A stretch of 61,510 nucleotides of DNA, the filler included, from Basidiobolus ranarum (Eukaryota): the NCBI GenBank assembly GCA_040143965.1. It is 8 parts of 8 records of this genome, joined end to end, with 100 filler letters (N's around TTAATTAATTAA, not from the genome) between each part and the next. Parts side by side here need not be neighbours in the genome. Positions count along the whole stretch, not along the records: positions 30,864 to 38,455 come from JASJQH010007970.1; positions 38,556 to 46,143 come from JASJQH010007971.1; positions 46,244 to 53,827 come from JASJQH010007972.1; 5 more parts are not named here. The stretch is one strand, 5' to 3'. Every line of letters begins with the position of its first letter. Position 1 is the stretch's first letter. The position numbers and the translations under genes were made by a program. The notes below the pieces were generated by a model that saw nothing but the letters and a program-made list of their open reading frames with translations, was not told the DNA's origin and ran no database searches. This document shows, in pieces, positions 38,327 through 51,700 of the stretch.

Positions 38327-38455
38327 TGTTAAAGTATTTTGGGAGTTTATTGGAAGTGGTTTGGAGAGAGAAATTGGTGGTTTTCACTTATTGATTTATT
38401 GAGTAGAAAGTTGCTATTCATAGTTTTGTCAAGATGTAAACAAGCTAACGTGTAG
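38327..38455 (-). mobile_element. Partial LTR of the copia-associated family at the contig end
   Basis: TGTTAAAGTATTTTGGGAGTTTATTGGAAGTGGTTTGGAG..TTCACTTATTGATTTATTGAGTAGAAAGTTG, closely similar to the copies at 30004, 46535 and 53722. Confidence 0.85.
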
Positions 38456-38555
38456 NNNNNNNNNNNNNNNNNNNNNNNNNNNNNNNNNNNNNNNNNNNNT
38501 TAATTAATTAANNNNNNNNNNNNNNNNNNNNNNNNNNNNNNNNNNNNNNNNNNNN
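38456..38555. other. Artificial contig linker
   Basis: Same 100-nt spacer. Confidence 0.98.
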
Positions 38556-38557
38556 AT

Positions 38558-38740
38558 ATATTGATGAATGAATGGATCACCTTGGATAAGCAAAGGAACT
38601 TCTCGGAAGACAACGAGTCACTTCCAGCTAAATTTATCGATGAATCAATTAGTAAATATTTGGTAACTTTGGCCACTACCAACTCCACATTGGTAAACAA
38701 ATTCCATGAACTTCAAAGACATATTCGTCAACTTTATTAG
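38558..38740 (+). CDS. C-terminal fragment of a gene, possibly nucleoporin Nup155/Nup170
   Basis: Open frame ILMNEWITLDKQRNFSEDNESLPAKFIDESISKYLVTLATTNSTLVNKFHELQRHIRQLY*. It resembles, from memory, the fungal Nup170 C-terminus (W...P...ID..I..YL..L...F..L.R.L). Confidence 0.45.
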   Translation: MLMNEWITLDKQRNFSEDNESLPAKFIDESISKYLVTLATTNSTLVNKFHELQRHIRQLY

Positions 38741-39059
38741 ACTTCACTTTCTCATAAAAATCTCTACCTCACGTAAAATCCCTTTTTCAATTCTCTATTT
38801 TCCTCAATCTCCGATCAATTTCTTTATTATTTTAATCCCCTTTCTTTCTCTAGTGATTTTGGTTTTGTTGTAAATTCGATCAACGTTGTAGATGATTTAA
38901 TGTAACAAAGATGTTCGGAATAAACTAGGAAAGAATCCATAAAGAAAAGATGCTCAGTAAGAAGTGTATTTCAAGAGGGAATAAAATGGTATAGGAAGAC
39001 ATAGAAAGAACAAGAGTGGGGAAGGGGAGAGAGGAGCACAGTGGTAAAAAAAGGTTGAC

Positions 39060-42000
39060 TTATTTTCTAGTTGACTGAGCAAGCAATATGTCTAATTCCC
39101 TAGCAATAGCTGCGTTGTTACATTTGGTACGAATCTCTCTGCCAATATTTTTACAAAAGTATTATGATGGTTTCTTGTCAACGAAATGAACACCCATTCT
39201 TTACCTTAATGTATCGATATCTTTGTTCGCGTATGCTTGTTCACCCGCTTCCTTGAACGATCCTATCTTTAGGAATAATTTTGGACGAATGGCTGGCTCA
39301 CATTTTAGAATATATTTAGCTGCTTCTCGATATTGAAGAACCTTGATGCATTCCTCTACGAAAGGCTGATAACGAATATGGTTAACACGGTGTATGATAT
39401 GATGGCTGCTCATGGATCACCTACCAAGTATCCAATTGGGGATTTCTTGGATTTAGCGAATTTCTCCAACTCTTCCCAATCTCGTATTTCCACCAGTGCT
39501 CGGAGACGTATCCACCAATACCTTTTCCAATATTAGAATTATTTACAACGACTCATGATAGATAGAGTTAGGGAAGGGATGGGATGGGGATTAACTAACC
39601 TATTGTCAGGCACCTTAAACTCCGATTTGAGTTTAGCCGCTCGATTCCCATTGTTAGTGACAATACATTTATATATAGTCTGACTAACTGAAATCCCAAC
39701 GAATTTCTCATTTACTTTACTTTCCAACGCTTCTTGAGCTTGTAGGAGACGTACACTCTCATCCAACATCTAAGTGATATCGATGAGCCAATGCCCTCTG
39801 ACGGTCTTGTATTAATATGAGCACTAACCTTAACTTCCAGTCCATGATCCTTATCGTTCTGATATTTTTTGCTGGTGATCTTGATTGCATTAATTCGATC
39901 TTCCAGAGTCTACATTAATATACATTAGTCAGAATTTCGAATATCGCACACGATAAAGAGTAATGATAAATAATATGCCAAATAGTCACCTCAATTTGAA
40001 AGCTCTGTAGTAAATTGAAATCTGCCAATTCCATGTGACGGTCGTCTTGGTAATAGAAATCAGTCAACAGATCTTTATCGTGGGTGGTTTTGGCGTAAAC
40101 TTCGAGCAAGTTGCAAGCGAAAGGTTTATCATTGATGATGCGAAAGAATTCTCCAGATGGTAATTTTCTTTTGAGATTCAACAGAACCAAATAGACTAGG
40201 AATACACGTTAAATCGCGTGCCATTGCCAGTAGCATTGGATCCAAATAAACAACCAACCTAAATCAGTATCTCCGCTTTCAATCGCTTTAACTAGTGCGA
40301 GTTGGTCCTCTTGCATACTCATTAATAGAGGTACCTGATCACCAGCACGAGGTTCGTAATCAAGAAGCTAGATTCACAAAACGCAAAGGGTTTAATAGGA
40401 GTACACCAAGAAATTAACCCTAAAAAATGTCAGACCTTGGTCGCAAGTTTAGGCTGACCCACTTTGTACGCTGTCTTTGCTATCTCTGCATACGAAAGGC
40501 CAGGCTTATTCTTAAGTTTGTCAATAATGATACGGCAAGTGGTTTCTTCATCTTCGTTCGATTGTTTGATCTACGGGGAACACATGAGTACCAGATCCAC
40601 TCATTCACGAGAATCACATTTACCTTGGTGCAGGCCCAATGAACCAGAACGTGATCTGTCCTCATCTTCAAGTACTCACATATACGCAAAGCAAGAAAGT
40701 GATGTTGTTGGTTTATTAGTCGTTCGATAAGCGCTTCTGGTCCTAGATTCGAGTATCTCAATAAGCGTGTAAGTCTTCTCATTATCAGTAGAATAGTGGA
40801 TTTACTTTTGAAAAGCCTTACTGGACATAGGTGATTGGAATTCCGATTTCGTAATAACGAACTCCATTCAAGATCCGCAAAGATTGACACATATTGACCA
40901 AGTAATCCGAGTTATACGACTCCAAGAAGCACTTTCCAAACGAGGCAGCCTAAAAATTCGAAGGATTAAATGAACATTCATGCTAACAAGAGTGTGATCA
41001 AAACCAACTTTAAGCAGCATCTTTTGGAAATGCTCGGATATCTCGTGGCCAGCTGCCTCTATACAGGTATCCACTGCTTCGGTCAGTTCATTCTTGATAC
41101 TACGAACGTTTTCGTCCGCTTTGGGACTTTTTTTCTTTCGTCACAGACTCCAGTTAATACAGATTTTACGATCTCATCATGTACAGTTAGATTGAGTACT
41201 CACCTCAAAATGTTCCAAAGCGTCAAACAACATAGCCGCAGGCGAGGTGGAACCAATTTTAAAGACTTCCTCGGTAGCCCCTGATTACAGGTTGGAGATA
41301 GAGCATCAATACCTTTGAAAAAATTGATAAACTTGATGAAACTTACTAGGAACTTTGTGTAGAAAGTCGGATGTTGTTCCAGCAAGAATCCGCACACCAT
41401 CTATTTCAGAGATTAAATAGGTACTTTCGTTGTAACCGTATCTTAAAGCACACAGTTAATACCAATATTTAATATCAATTATATGCTAGCATAATCTCTA
41501 CTTCAGACAATCTCCAAAAGGTCCGACTAGCCAAACTGCATCTTCCCAACGAAGTGCAACAGCATCTGACCCACACCTAGTCCAATAAAAGTTAGCAAAT
41601 AACCAGATCAAAGAGGAATAATCCAACCACTCCTAACCAAGCCACTTGAATAGGTGGAGTTTTCGACTGAGTTGGGAAATCCGACAAACTCTTTTGGAAA
41701 TCGGAGGATACAACCCAGAGTTTACCATCAGTGTTGTACAAAGCCAGAAGTTTTCCATTAGGGGAGACTCCTATTCTAGTGAATGGCCCTTGTTGCAAAC
41801 GCTAGGAACATATAAAGCATAAGAATTGGGGTATGTCTAGAATGGGACAATTACATGCTAAATACCTGATCTTGAGTGTCGGTTGCATCAACAACGAGTA
41901 TAGTAGTATCAATGGCCAGATATACTTCAACATGTCTACTTAGAGTGTAATTGGGAGGGATTACCGCCCAACTGTGCGGCGGTCCATTGAGACCTTTGAT

Positions 42001-42875
42001 CGGCTTATTTAATATTTTACTGACTAAATGAACAATGATTAAAGCTCAAACCTGGATCTGCCAAAGTTCTAGGTCTCGGTTCATCAAAGTTAGATACGGC
42101 AACAAGCTGGAAGTCACCTGTCATGGCGACAAGACCATTTCCCCATATATGACAGTCTATAACCGAGTTATCTTGAACTTCCTGGTATTATATGAACCAT
42201 TAGAAATTGAAAAGTAACGTAATTCCCAAATAAATAAAAGCTACTTTTCCCAAAGAGAATTGGTTGCATTCACCGTTCAAATGATATACACGGACAGAAC
42301 CGTCCTCCAAAACACATACTAAACGTTCAGTCCCGGTCCAACCAAGTTTAACAATTCTACCTTTGTCCCACTATAGAGGAAATCTTTAAGTGAAATGCAA
42401 TAAAATCGATAATTCAAAAAGTCATACTTGAATCTGGTTGAGTAATTTTCCACTAGCAGTATAAATTGAAAGTACTGGAGTGGTAGTCGTTTGTTTTTGG
42501 ACTATCTGAATTTTACGATCATCTCTAATTATGGCTAGACTCAGAATACGTTAACAACATACTAGTGATGGAAATATATGCATGTGTCCTTTAGGTTCTT
42601 CCATCTTGGATATAAGAATCACGAAAGGCTTATATGGTGAATATGAATTACCAATGGGCCCTCCATTAGGTGCACCGGCAATGAGATACTTGGATAGATC
42701 AATATTTTTCCAAAGCATGGAATATACCTCAGGCTTGCTAATATATACATAACATGTACATTTTCGTTAATTAAAAGCTTCGATGAGAATAATTATAAAA
42801 GTCAGAAATATACCAATAGAAGATATTTTGCATCTGCTCCCATTGTGCAGCGGGATGTGCAAGGTGAGCGACCAT
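39060..42875 (-). CDS. VPS16: HOPS/CORVET subunit Vps16 (many introns)
   Basis: [20 protein letters not shown]..; [116 protein letters not shown]. Confidence 0.95.
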
Positions 42876-43607
42876 TATTCTTTTGCGAGAAGTTTTAAAG
42901 AACTATTAAATAGAATCGAATCTAATAATCGAGTATATTGTCAATTATTGGTGAAGTACTTTAGCTCGACTGCAGTGGCGAAGAGTACGTGGGCATGAAT
43001 AAAAATCAGCCATAGAAGTCACATCAAATATATCACATCACACACTGGATAATTCGTTGCTACAATTAACTCTTGATGGAACGATCATTGAATAAGAATG
43101 AATTGTTTGGAACCACGCTTAACCCTAACCCTAGTCCTAGATCTCAAGAATTATTGGGACAATATTGTTACATATTGCATACAAGCTTAATGCTCTGAAG
43201 TAATTCTCAATCAATCAATCAATGCTTTGTGTAATTTCGTCAAGTCCAAAATAATTCAAAACCTCCCATTTAAGGGGTATGAAAGGGTTTAAACAAGTAA
43301 TCTCGTTGGTTGATCATATACCAATGATTACTCAGTAGACGGCTCCCTGAATTTACTATATCGACCATTCAACCTTGTTATAAAGTTATTATGTGTAATC
43401 TCTTTGATTAAACACCATTTCTACCTCTAGAATTTTTGCTGCTGTTCAATAATATATTACCCTTCTAAAATATATCTTTGAATTCCCGAAAAAAATAGAA
43501 TACATTTGGTTGGTTCTCTTTTCGCATAAATCTTTTCGTATCGAGTATCTCGACTTGGATTTTCAAATTATCATATCGTTCACGTGGTGCTCCCTTTTCA
43601 TATAATC

Positions 43608-46143
43608 ATGGAGACTATGAACACGTCAAGGCGTGTTTGCAATCCCAATGGCCTATTAGACGTGACTGGATCTAGTTCAAGGGGAAAACGCGGACGCGAT
43701 GAAGAGGATTACGCGACAGATCCTGCATACATCCAAGAGACCGAGAACCCACCAAAAAGAAGGCTTCTATCTGTCTTTGTGGAAGTTGCAAGTCGACTAT
43801 TTTCTTGGGTTGGTGGGTCTAACTCTGAGTCCAGTTTAGAACATAATAAGAATAGTCACTCGACAGAGTGTCTTTCACATGAGTTTAAACCAGAAACTAC
43901 TGAAGGTAAACGATCGTTGAGATATTATTATGGTTGACATATATTCTCATATAATTATGTTTATGAAAATAGAAAATACATCGAATAGATTAGATAGAAA
44001 CACGAAGGATGAAAAAGATGAAACCTTAATTGTTGTTGAAGGTAGGCTTTTACTTTTTTACATGATTGGCGTATCTGATTTCTCATGCCCTTTTCTCTAC
44101 ACAAAAAACGAATACTTTAGGGGCAAGAGATGGAGCAGATATATTTGATGATTTATCTCCAATTCTTATGAGTGAAGTTAAATCTACCTCGAATGGGCTT
44201 TCATACAGCGCAGATTTGTCACCAAAGTTTGAAACCACTATAATATATAGCGAGTCTGATGAAGAGTTTTCAGAGCATTCACTTTCAATTGATGATACTG
44301 CAATTATGACCACTTCCAGCAGGAGTACTTCACCTAGAAAGCTAAATGCCAATCAAGAGACAGTATACCATTTTGAGAGTACAGATATCAGGCGAACTCC
44401 TCAAAGAGATTCTACTGAACCTATTATTATTGATGACTCGGACGATGAATTACCGGTGAAGTTACTAAGATCCCCATTTGTACGCTCAACATTTGGGAAG
44501 CCAAATAGCGTTCGGAAAATATCAACCAGTGGTGGGTTTAGAAAATCGCGAAAGTCACCATTATTTGAAGACAGGGTAATGTTCGGATAGATATCAAAGT
44601 TTGTAGAGAAACAATTTTAACGTTTCCTACAGAGAAAGAAGCACGTTAAAACTATCACTCGGGAGTTACTTAACGCATGTGTACCTTTTTCACAGGCTAA
44701 AGACCTGGGTAAGTTTATTTCTCATTACTACAGGTATATTTAATCTAACTATTCTTCACAATAGGCTATTCGGGAAGTGAGCGAGAATATGCTGGTAAAT
44801 GTAGATGTAATTTCTATACAGAAAAGACAATTATCAATCTCGGTTTTCATCCTTCTAGATTTTACCGATTATGCTAGACAAGTGTACGAAGCTTCGATTG
44901 GTGCGGGACCACAGGATGAAGTTTTTATTTCAAGTAAGTATCTTGATCCATCTACTTTTGCGAAAGACTAAACAATTCTAATTTTTTTATCTATTCTTGA
45001 AGACTTTTTCAAGCCTAGACAGGAAATCGAAACCAAGCATAAAACTAGTACGCAGAGAAAGGCACTTGTATCTGAGACTCAAACACCTACGAAGGTACAT
45101 AGTTATGAGTACTGTATTGAGAGCGATTTAAATTCTAACTATCTTCGAAAGAAAATCCGTGAAAGAGCTTTGTCTAAGAAGCTAGAGTCTTGGGGAGAAG
45201 AAGAATGGTTGAAGAATCTTCGGGAGCGAATCGAAAAAGCACACTTATTGTAAGATTCATTTGCTTAAAAACTTTCATGCCAGTTTCGTAATTCTCCTTG
45301 ATATAATAGTAAATCACCAGAGGATCGTCCATTTACTCCTATCTTTGATAAATTGAAGCAACAGGACTTATTGTTAGATCAATTGGTTAGTTCAAGCTAT
45401 TATGGCAACTCATCACTATTATTAAACTTTGTGGATTTCTATAGATTGATGAGCAAAGAGAGAAGGCTAAAGTAAGCTTATTCTTAAACTATTGTTCTCC
45501 AGCTCAACTAACCGTAGTATTTAGCCAAAGCGAAATAATTTTCCCGAATTGTCTGAAGAAGCTTATGAGACGGTAGCTATTGCTTTTATTCATGAGGTAT
45601 TTGACGAAGATGCCTAATTGTTTGCTATGTGTTTAGATTGAGTGGGCACTTGGACCTGGATCTGAAGAAATTGTTGAAGGTTTTAATGTTACCTTGAGCA
45701 AATCTGATATTCAAACTCTAAAAGATGGAAGATGGCTAAATGATGAAGTAATCCTTTTATTGGCCTACTCCCCCCAATCTGTACTAATCTTTCTCATTTC
45801 CACAATTATAAGATTATGAATTTCTATGGAAACTTGATTATGGATAGAGCTAAACAATCTCAATCATCGTACCCCGAGATACATATGTTCAACACTTTCT
45901 TTTATTCTACACTTCGTGACAAAGGATATCAAAAGATTCGTCGTTGGAGCCGCAAGGTAATAGACATATACAAGAGTATGTTTTTATATCTCCGACCATC
46001 AATTGCTAATCTAATCCACCACATAACAGTTCAATATTTTCAAGAAAGATTACATTATCATTCCTGTTCACCTTGGAATGCACTGGGTTTGTGCAATCAT
46101 CAACTTTGTTCAGAAGAGAATCGAGTATTATGACTCAATGCAA
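43608..46143 (+). CDS. ULP1: Ulp1/SENP family SUMO protease (peptidase C48), multi-exon, truncated at the contig end
   Basis: DIQTLKDGRWLNDE/IMNFYGNLI..FNTFFYSTL..GYQKIRRWSRK/..IIIPVHLGMHWVCAIINFVQKRIEYYDSM, which includes the catalytic His and Asp. It has a long disordered N-terminus. Confidence 0.9.
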
Positions 46144-46243
46144 NNNNNNNNNNNNNNNNNNNNNNNNNNNNNNNNNNNNNNNNNNNNTTAATTAATTAAN
46201 NNNNNNNNNNNNNNNNNNNNNNNNNNNNNNNNNNNNNNNNNNN
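46144..46243. other. Artificial contig linker
   Basis: Same 100-nt spacer. Confidence 0.98.
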
Positions 46244-46415
46244 TAAGTAAATTCCGATTGAGAATAATTGATAATATCTTAGTGAATTATAAGATAACTA
46301 AGTACTAAGCTATATATAACTATAGAGGCATTTAGGCAATGCTAATTTCAACAAAAACCACCGATTTCTCTAGTTCTCCAAACCATTTCCAACAGGCTCA
46401 CAAAATACTTCAACA
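46244..46415. mobile_element. Two abutting LTR fragments in opposite orientations (46244-46353 and 46354-46415)
   Basis: The first part matches the right end of the family (GATTGAGAATA..ATCTTAGTGAA..AATTTCAACA). The second part is the reverse complement of TGTTGAAGTATTTTGTGAGCCTGTTGGAAATGGTTTGGAG. Confidence 0.8.
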
Positions 46416-46534
46416 AGGAGAAGCATATTTGGTGAGTTGTGGATATTGAATGCTTTTTGATATAAATAATATGGAGCTGTAGTTTAATATCAACCACTGT
46501 AATTTGAAGTTTTGGATATACCACATGTGATAGT

Positions 46535-46824
46535 TGTTGAAGTATTTTGGGAATTATTGGAAGGGAATTAGAAAACTAGAAATAATTGATGGTTTCACTT
46601 TTGATTTATTGAGTAGAAAGTTGACCTTTATAGCTTTGTCAAGGGGTCAGCAAAAAAGCAGGTAATATGTGTTAAAGAAAGTCCCAGAAACATATACCCG
46701 AAGTTTGGGGCCTCTATGTCAAGTTTGAAAAATCTATATATCATCAAACTTCCAAGTAAATTCTGATTGAGAATAGTAGGTGATGTCTTAGTGAAATATG
46801 GAATAACTAAATTGAATTTCAACA
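46535..46824 (-). mobile_element. Solo LTR (290 nt) with a near-perfect 5-bp target site duplication
   Basis: TGTTGAA...TTCAACA termini; flanks are ATAGT and ATAAT; homologous to 30004-30292. Confidence 0.85.
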
Positions 46825-48730
46825 ATAATTTGAAACTTACAGGATTCTTTGACAAAGTATACACTAAGAGGAAATAAGAATACATTTGATGAAAATGGCC
46901 ATGTTGGGGCTAACATCAATGTCACAAATCTCTAGTTAACCTTGGCAAATTCTTAGGTATTTGATGCATGTACAATGTATAAGTCATTATTTTCTACTTT
47001 GCACTATTTTGTTAACAGACTATAAGGAACTGACATGTGAGATACTGATATTAATAGACCACATGATCCATATCACTTCAGGAGCATACAATACAGAATT
47101 TAGAAATGTTAAATTCAATTGAAACTACTGTTGCACTGCAAAAGGTGATCCAAAACATTAGTTTTGACTGAAAACTCTACTAGTTGTCTCATCATACTTG
47201 TTATCTGGGGGGAAAGCATGTTCCTGACCTGATGTCCATGACTAATTGCAACTTGCTCATATGGAAGAAGATTATAATGTCCAAGAATATGGTCTTTTTG
47301 CCTGCCACAGTATTGAACACTATATACCAAACCGTGAGGCTCTGTCCATAATAGGAGTTGTATGGAGGATCATGAATAGTTGGTGCCATTGCTTATGAAA
47401 AGACTTGAAGTGGAGCTAGCAGTTAGTATTGTATGTTATGGCTCGCTAAGATTACTCAATTGAGTCAAACTTGCCAGAGTGTTCCAGAGCCACCGGTAAA
47501 AAAAATACCCGGCCGGATGCGGAACGGGCTTCTTAGTTTGTAAATATGGGTGTAGACACACAAATTACTATATAATCCCGCTGTCACTTAGCTAGGTGAC
47601 TCAAGCTATTCCGATCAAATGACTAACTAGGCCTGGATACCTGTCTAAATTAGAGTGCTTTGAGTATCCTAAGGGTTGGAGGGGATTTCTGAGCACAACC
47701 TGTAAGACTAAGGTTAAATCTGTCGATAGCAATTGGGATCCATTAAAATGGGGATTTTAGTCCAATGAATGTTCCACTTTAAATCGTGATGTGGTAAAAA
47801 CAATCTCATTCATTTTCATTTCTAAGCCTAATTGGGGATAATGTGTTCATTCATATCCAAATATTGTCTCGTTTCTCTCGAATCAGAGGGCAGTTACATG
47901 GCACGGGAGATGTGTGTTATGAATGAAATGAAATGAACCTGCTGCTCGTTGAAGGAGGCGAGTCAAGTCCGTCACATGGGAACGATGCTCTTGGATTTCA
48001 TTTGCTTATGGACAACGAAACTGTGTTTGTCTTGGCCACCCTTGCCAATCCAGTAAATTGTGAGTTCATTAAACTTGTAGATCTTGTCAAGGATTACGTG
48101 GATTTGATTCGATGGTACGTGACTGAAATGACTTCATTGTCGCTTCCATTTCAGGAGCATTGGGTGGTTTGTTTGTATTCAAGTAAACATGGTTTTAAAT
48201 CACTCATGATGGGTCGCTTTGGCTGAGGGTTCATACCTGATTTTAATAGACACAGTCTAGGAATGAGTTTATCACAATTTGCCACTCACAAAGTGGCGCA
48301 TATTAAAGGGAAATTGTGGTTCAATCTGGTATGGAAGTCCGTGGTTAAGCAAAAATTGATTTCGAATTAGACAGATTGTGCGATGGATGTTAAGACAATG
48401 GTAATGAATTGAGTGTGGAACAATAAATAGCTAATAACCTTGCCACAGTTCCAGCCTGTGGAGGAGCATTCAGTGATGAACAAAATACAAACAAATCTAT
48501 TACGGCTATTGGGCATCAGTATGTATTATGTGTACAAGCATAGTGTGCGATGTCCAGGGGAAATGGTATCAATGGAATGTATACATGACCACATGTCAAC
48601 AAAAAGGTGGCTTAGACTGTCGGAAATATCACGTGCTGTACATGAGCGGATATTTGGATGAATAAACTTGAAGCGCAATGGATATCAACTGAGGCCGCTG
48701 GATAGCTTTCCGTCCGTGTGCTTCAAATCT

Positions 48731-51700
48731 CTAGTCTATAAGCCACTCTTTACATCGCTTCATATACTTGGCCATCAAAACGGTAAGATCGCGCATTACA
48801 AATGCACAAATCACGGTGTTCATAAAGTCACTCACACGAGCGAGCCTGGTTAATGCCTGAGCCTGAAGCTCCCCAGGGGACATGGCATGGAATTGTTTAA
48901 TCCAATGATCTAGCGCATCGAGTGATGAGGGTGAGATTATAGCATCTTGAAGAGTATAGTCAAATGAAAATTACCAAGGATTTGACAGGTTTGGAAAAGC
49001 TTAATTAGAACGTCAATATATAGAGAAACGTCATCACTAAATTGCAATCAGTTAGTAGAGTGAAATTATCGGCAAGTGGATACACAGAAAGTGATGCTCA
49101 CATTTTATCTCGAGAGGTAGTCATTCTTTCTAATGATTTAGTGATACGATTGCCAAGAGAGAGGAATGACGACTGTGCAAACATAAATGAGCATTATCAT
49201 TAGCGTTTGGAAGATTAGCTGGCCAAGAATCACAATTACCTGAGACTTTTTGATGGATTCAATAAAGGACAACTTTTTGGCTAAATTATTTTGTACACTA
49301 TACAAAACGGTATCAAAGCTCTCCAGTTCCTAGGGTAAAGTGATGCGTTAGTACTCCTAATTAATTAGCGAGCTCATTTTTAGATCAACGAAAGTCGATA
49401 TTACCTTGAGCAAAATAACTATGTCAAGTTCTTTGAAATGTGTTGCTGGTGTAGTGGAGGTAGGCGGTATATTCTGGCCTAAAGAGAGGGCCATATTATA
49501 TAGAGTGGCAGTGATTAACTCACAAGCTGAGATCTTGGCTTCAATAGCACTTAAGCGAGCTCCACTCTGATACCTAAAGTTGATAATAAAAAAGATCCAC
49601 AGTTAGGTATTTCTATAGCAGACACACTATACAATATCTATATACATAACAAATGACATACCAGAGACTACGTGGGATATACATCTTATTAGAAATAAAG
49701 CCCCCGCTCACCATACTGCGTTCAAAACATCGCATCAGCCAGAAAGGCTGAAGTTCTAACTTTTGAGGAGACTGTTCTAATAGAGAAGCACCCTAATAAG
49801 AAATGTTAGTCAAAAAGCACAAAATGTATTTCAATTGCTAACCCCATACTTCCTGTGGTTCCTCAAGAACTATATCGAAGAGGGTTAGCCCTTTACATGG
49901 GCGTCGAATGGGATTGATGAAATAGGATCCGGTTGGTGACGGATCAGCAGATAAGGTAGAAGGACTGCCGTTGAGAGCCTTGGGCATTAAGGATGAATTG
50001 GTGTTCTGCACCGCTGATCTCATCATATTAGACGATCCTAATCCTACCGGCAGCGACATCTTTCTCCGAAAGTTAGGAGCTAATATTGATGACCTGGCAC
50101 TGAAATGTTCAGCGGCCAATGATCCTTTTTGTCTCTGTGCATTCTCGGCCTTTAAAGTAGAGGCACTGGCTAATTGTATAGAACCTCCATTGGCACCAGG
50201 TCTGTCTCTAAGTACTTGGGTGGATGTTGCAGGAGGAGACACGCTAGGGCGATAAGTGATTACAGAGAGCGGAGGAGGTGGCTGTCGATGAAAGACTGTT
50301 TTGGTGTTAGATAATAAAGAGGCCTGATCTTCTGAATCTTCATCACCAATATGATGTTCAACCTTATTTGACTCCTCGTCATCAGATTTCTTTATGTCAA
50401 AAGGTCTAATAGCCTCAGGAGGAGGAAACTTTGGGGTTGGCGGTTTAAGTGCTGCTGATTTGGGCGTTTCAGGTGCGAATTCCCCATAAAGATTCTGCTC
50501 CGACCCTAACCTTTTTAGAGTAGGGGGGAATCTTAGTCCTTTGGAAGAATCCAATGCATCATCATCACCGAGCGTAATACCAGAAATGTCTAGTGGTAAT
50601 GGACGATGAGGATTAGTGGATCCAGTCTCCAATTTTCTGGGTAGAGATGATGATCTTGGAGGCAGAAGACCTTCAGGGCCATCCGATTTCTCACATTGAA
50701 TAGGGATCGGAAGAGTTCTGGCGCCAGTACTAGTTGAACCATCACATTGGGCTGTTTCTGAATTTAAATAATAATCGAGATGCTCTTCATTTTCCAAATC
50801 TACATCTACCTTGCTGTCTCGAGGAGTTCCTGCTATTTAGATGTTTCAGACATTCAGAAAATACGAAAGGTTAAGATATATCCAGAGAATCTTACGTGAG
50901 CTATGAAGAGTTAAGCTTTCGACAGTTGTCTTTTGTATATCACTAGATGATGGTTGTTCTGGAGAGAGTAGTTAGAGTATTTCATAAAGAATAGAGTAAA
51001 CTAAATTTTCTCTTACTATCTGAAAGACCGTTAGTTTGCTTCGGTGCAGGTGCTTTATTATACCCCAGCCCTGGAGGTGGGAAAGGAGGTGGAGGTAGTG
51101 TGCCAAAAGTTTCTCGTACATATTCTTTTTGGTTTAATACCGATAAAGAATAACCTCTGGCCCTATTAGGCCTTTTGTTGATGGATCCTTGTTTGTTTAG
51201 AGGTACGGGCGGTACTTTAAGCGGGTTGGGTGCCATTGAAGAAGCTTTAGGCTGAAACCTGGAATGTGAACTATCTTGTTGTAATGAACTGCTTGATAAC
51301 TGCTTTCTAAGAACCGGATGCCCAAATGCCTCTTTACTCTCACGTATTCTCTCTCACGATGGTAAAGTTCTCTCGGAAAAAGATTCCCCGCGCACCCTAC
51401 TGGTGTCCTCAGTTTCTTTGTATACTGAGTTTGGACCGTACAGTTGTTTTGATAAAGCAGTTAGTCTAGCTGAGGTCGGGGGAAGCAGATGCGTAAGTGG
51501 AGACTCAGGTACTCCCGGCAAGTTCTTTCCGTTATTGTCGCGCGATGAAATAAATCCAGCTGATGTCGTATCAGAATTGGGAGGATTTGGATGCAGACTA
51601 GTTTGAAAGCCATTAGAGAATTGTAAATAGGGCGAAAATTTGGAATCTTCTGTAGTAAAGCGAGTTTCATTCGATGTTCTTAACAAAGGAGCTGACATCT

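Noticed and set aside
46628..46885. 85-aa ORF
   Set aside because: It lies mostly within a solo LTR and has no protein motif.
47115..47389. Overlapping minus-strand ORFs with a hydrophobic stretch (MAPTIHDPPYNSYYGQ...)
   Set aside because: Too short and interrupted to support a gene or pseudogene call.
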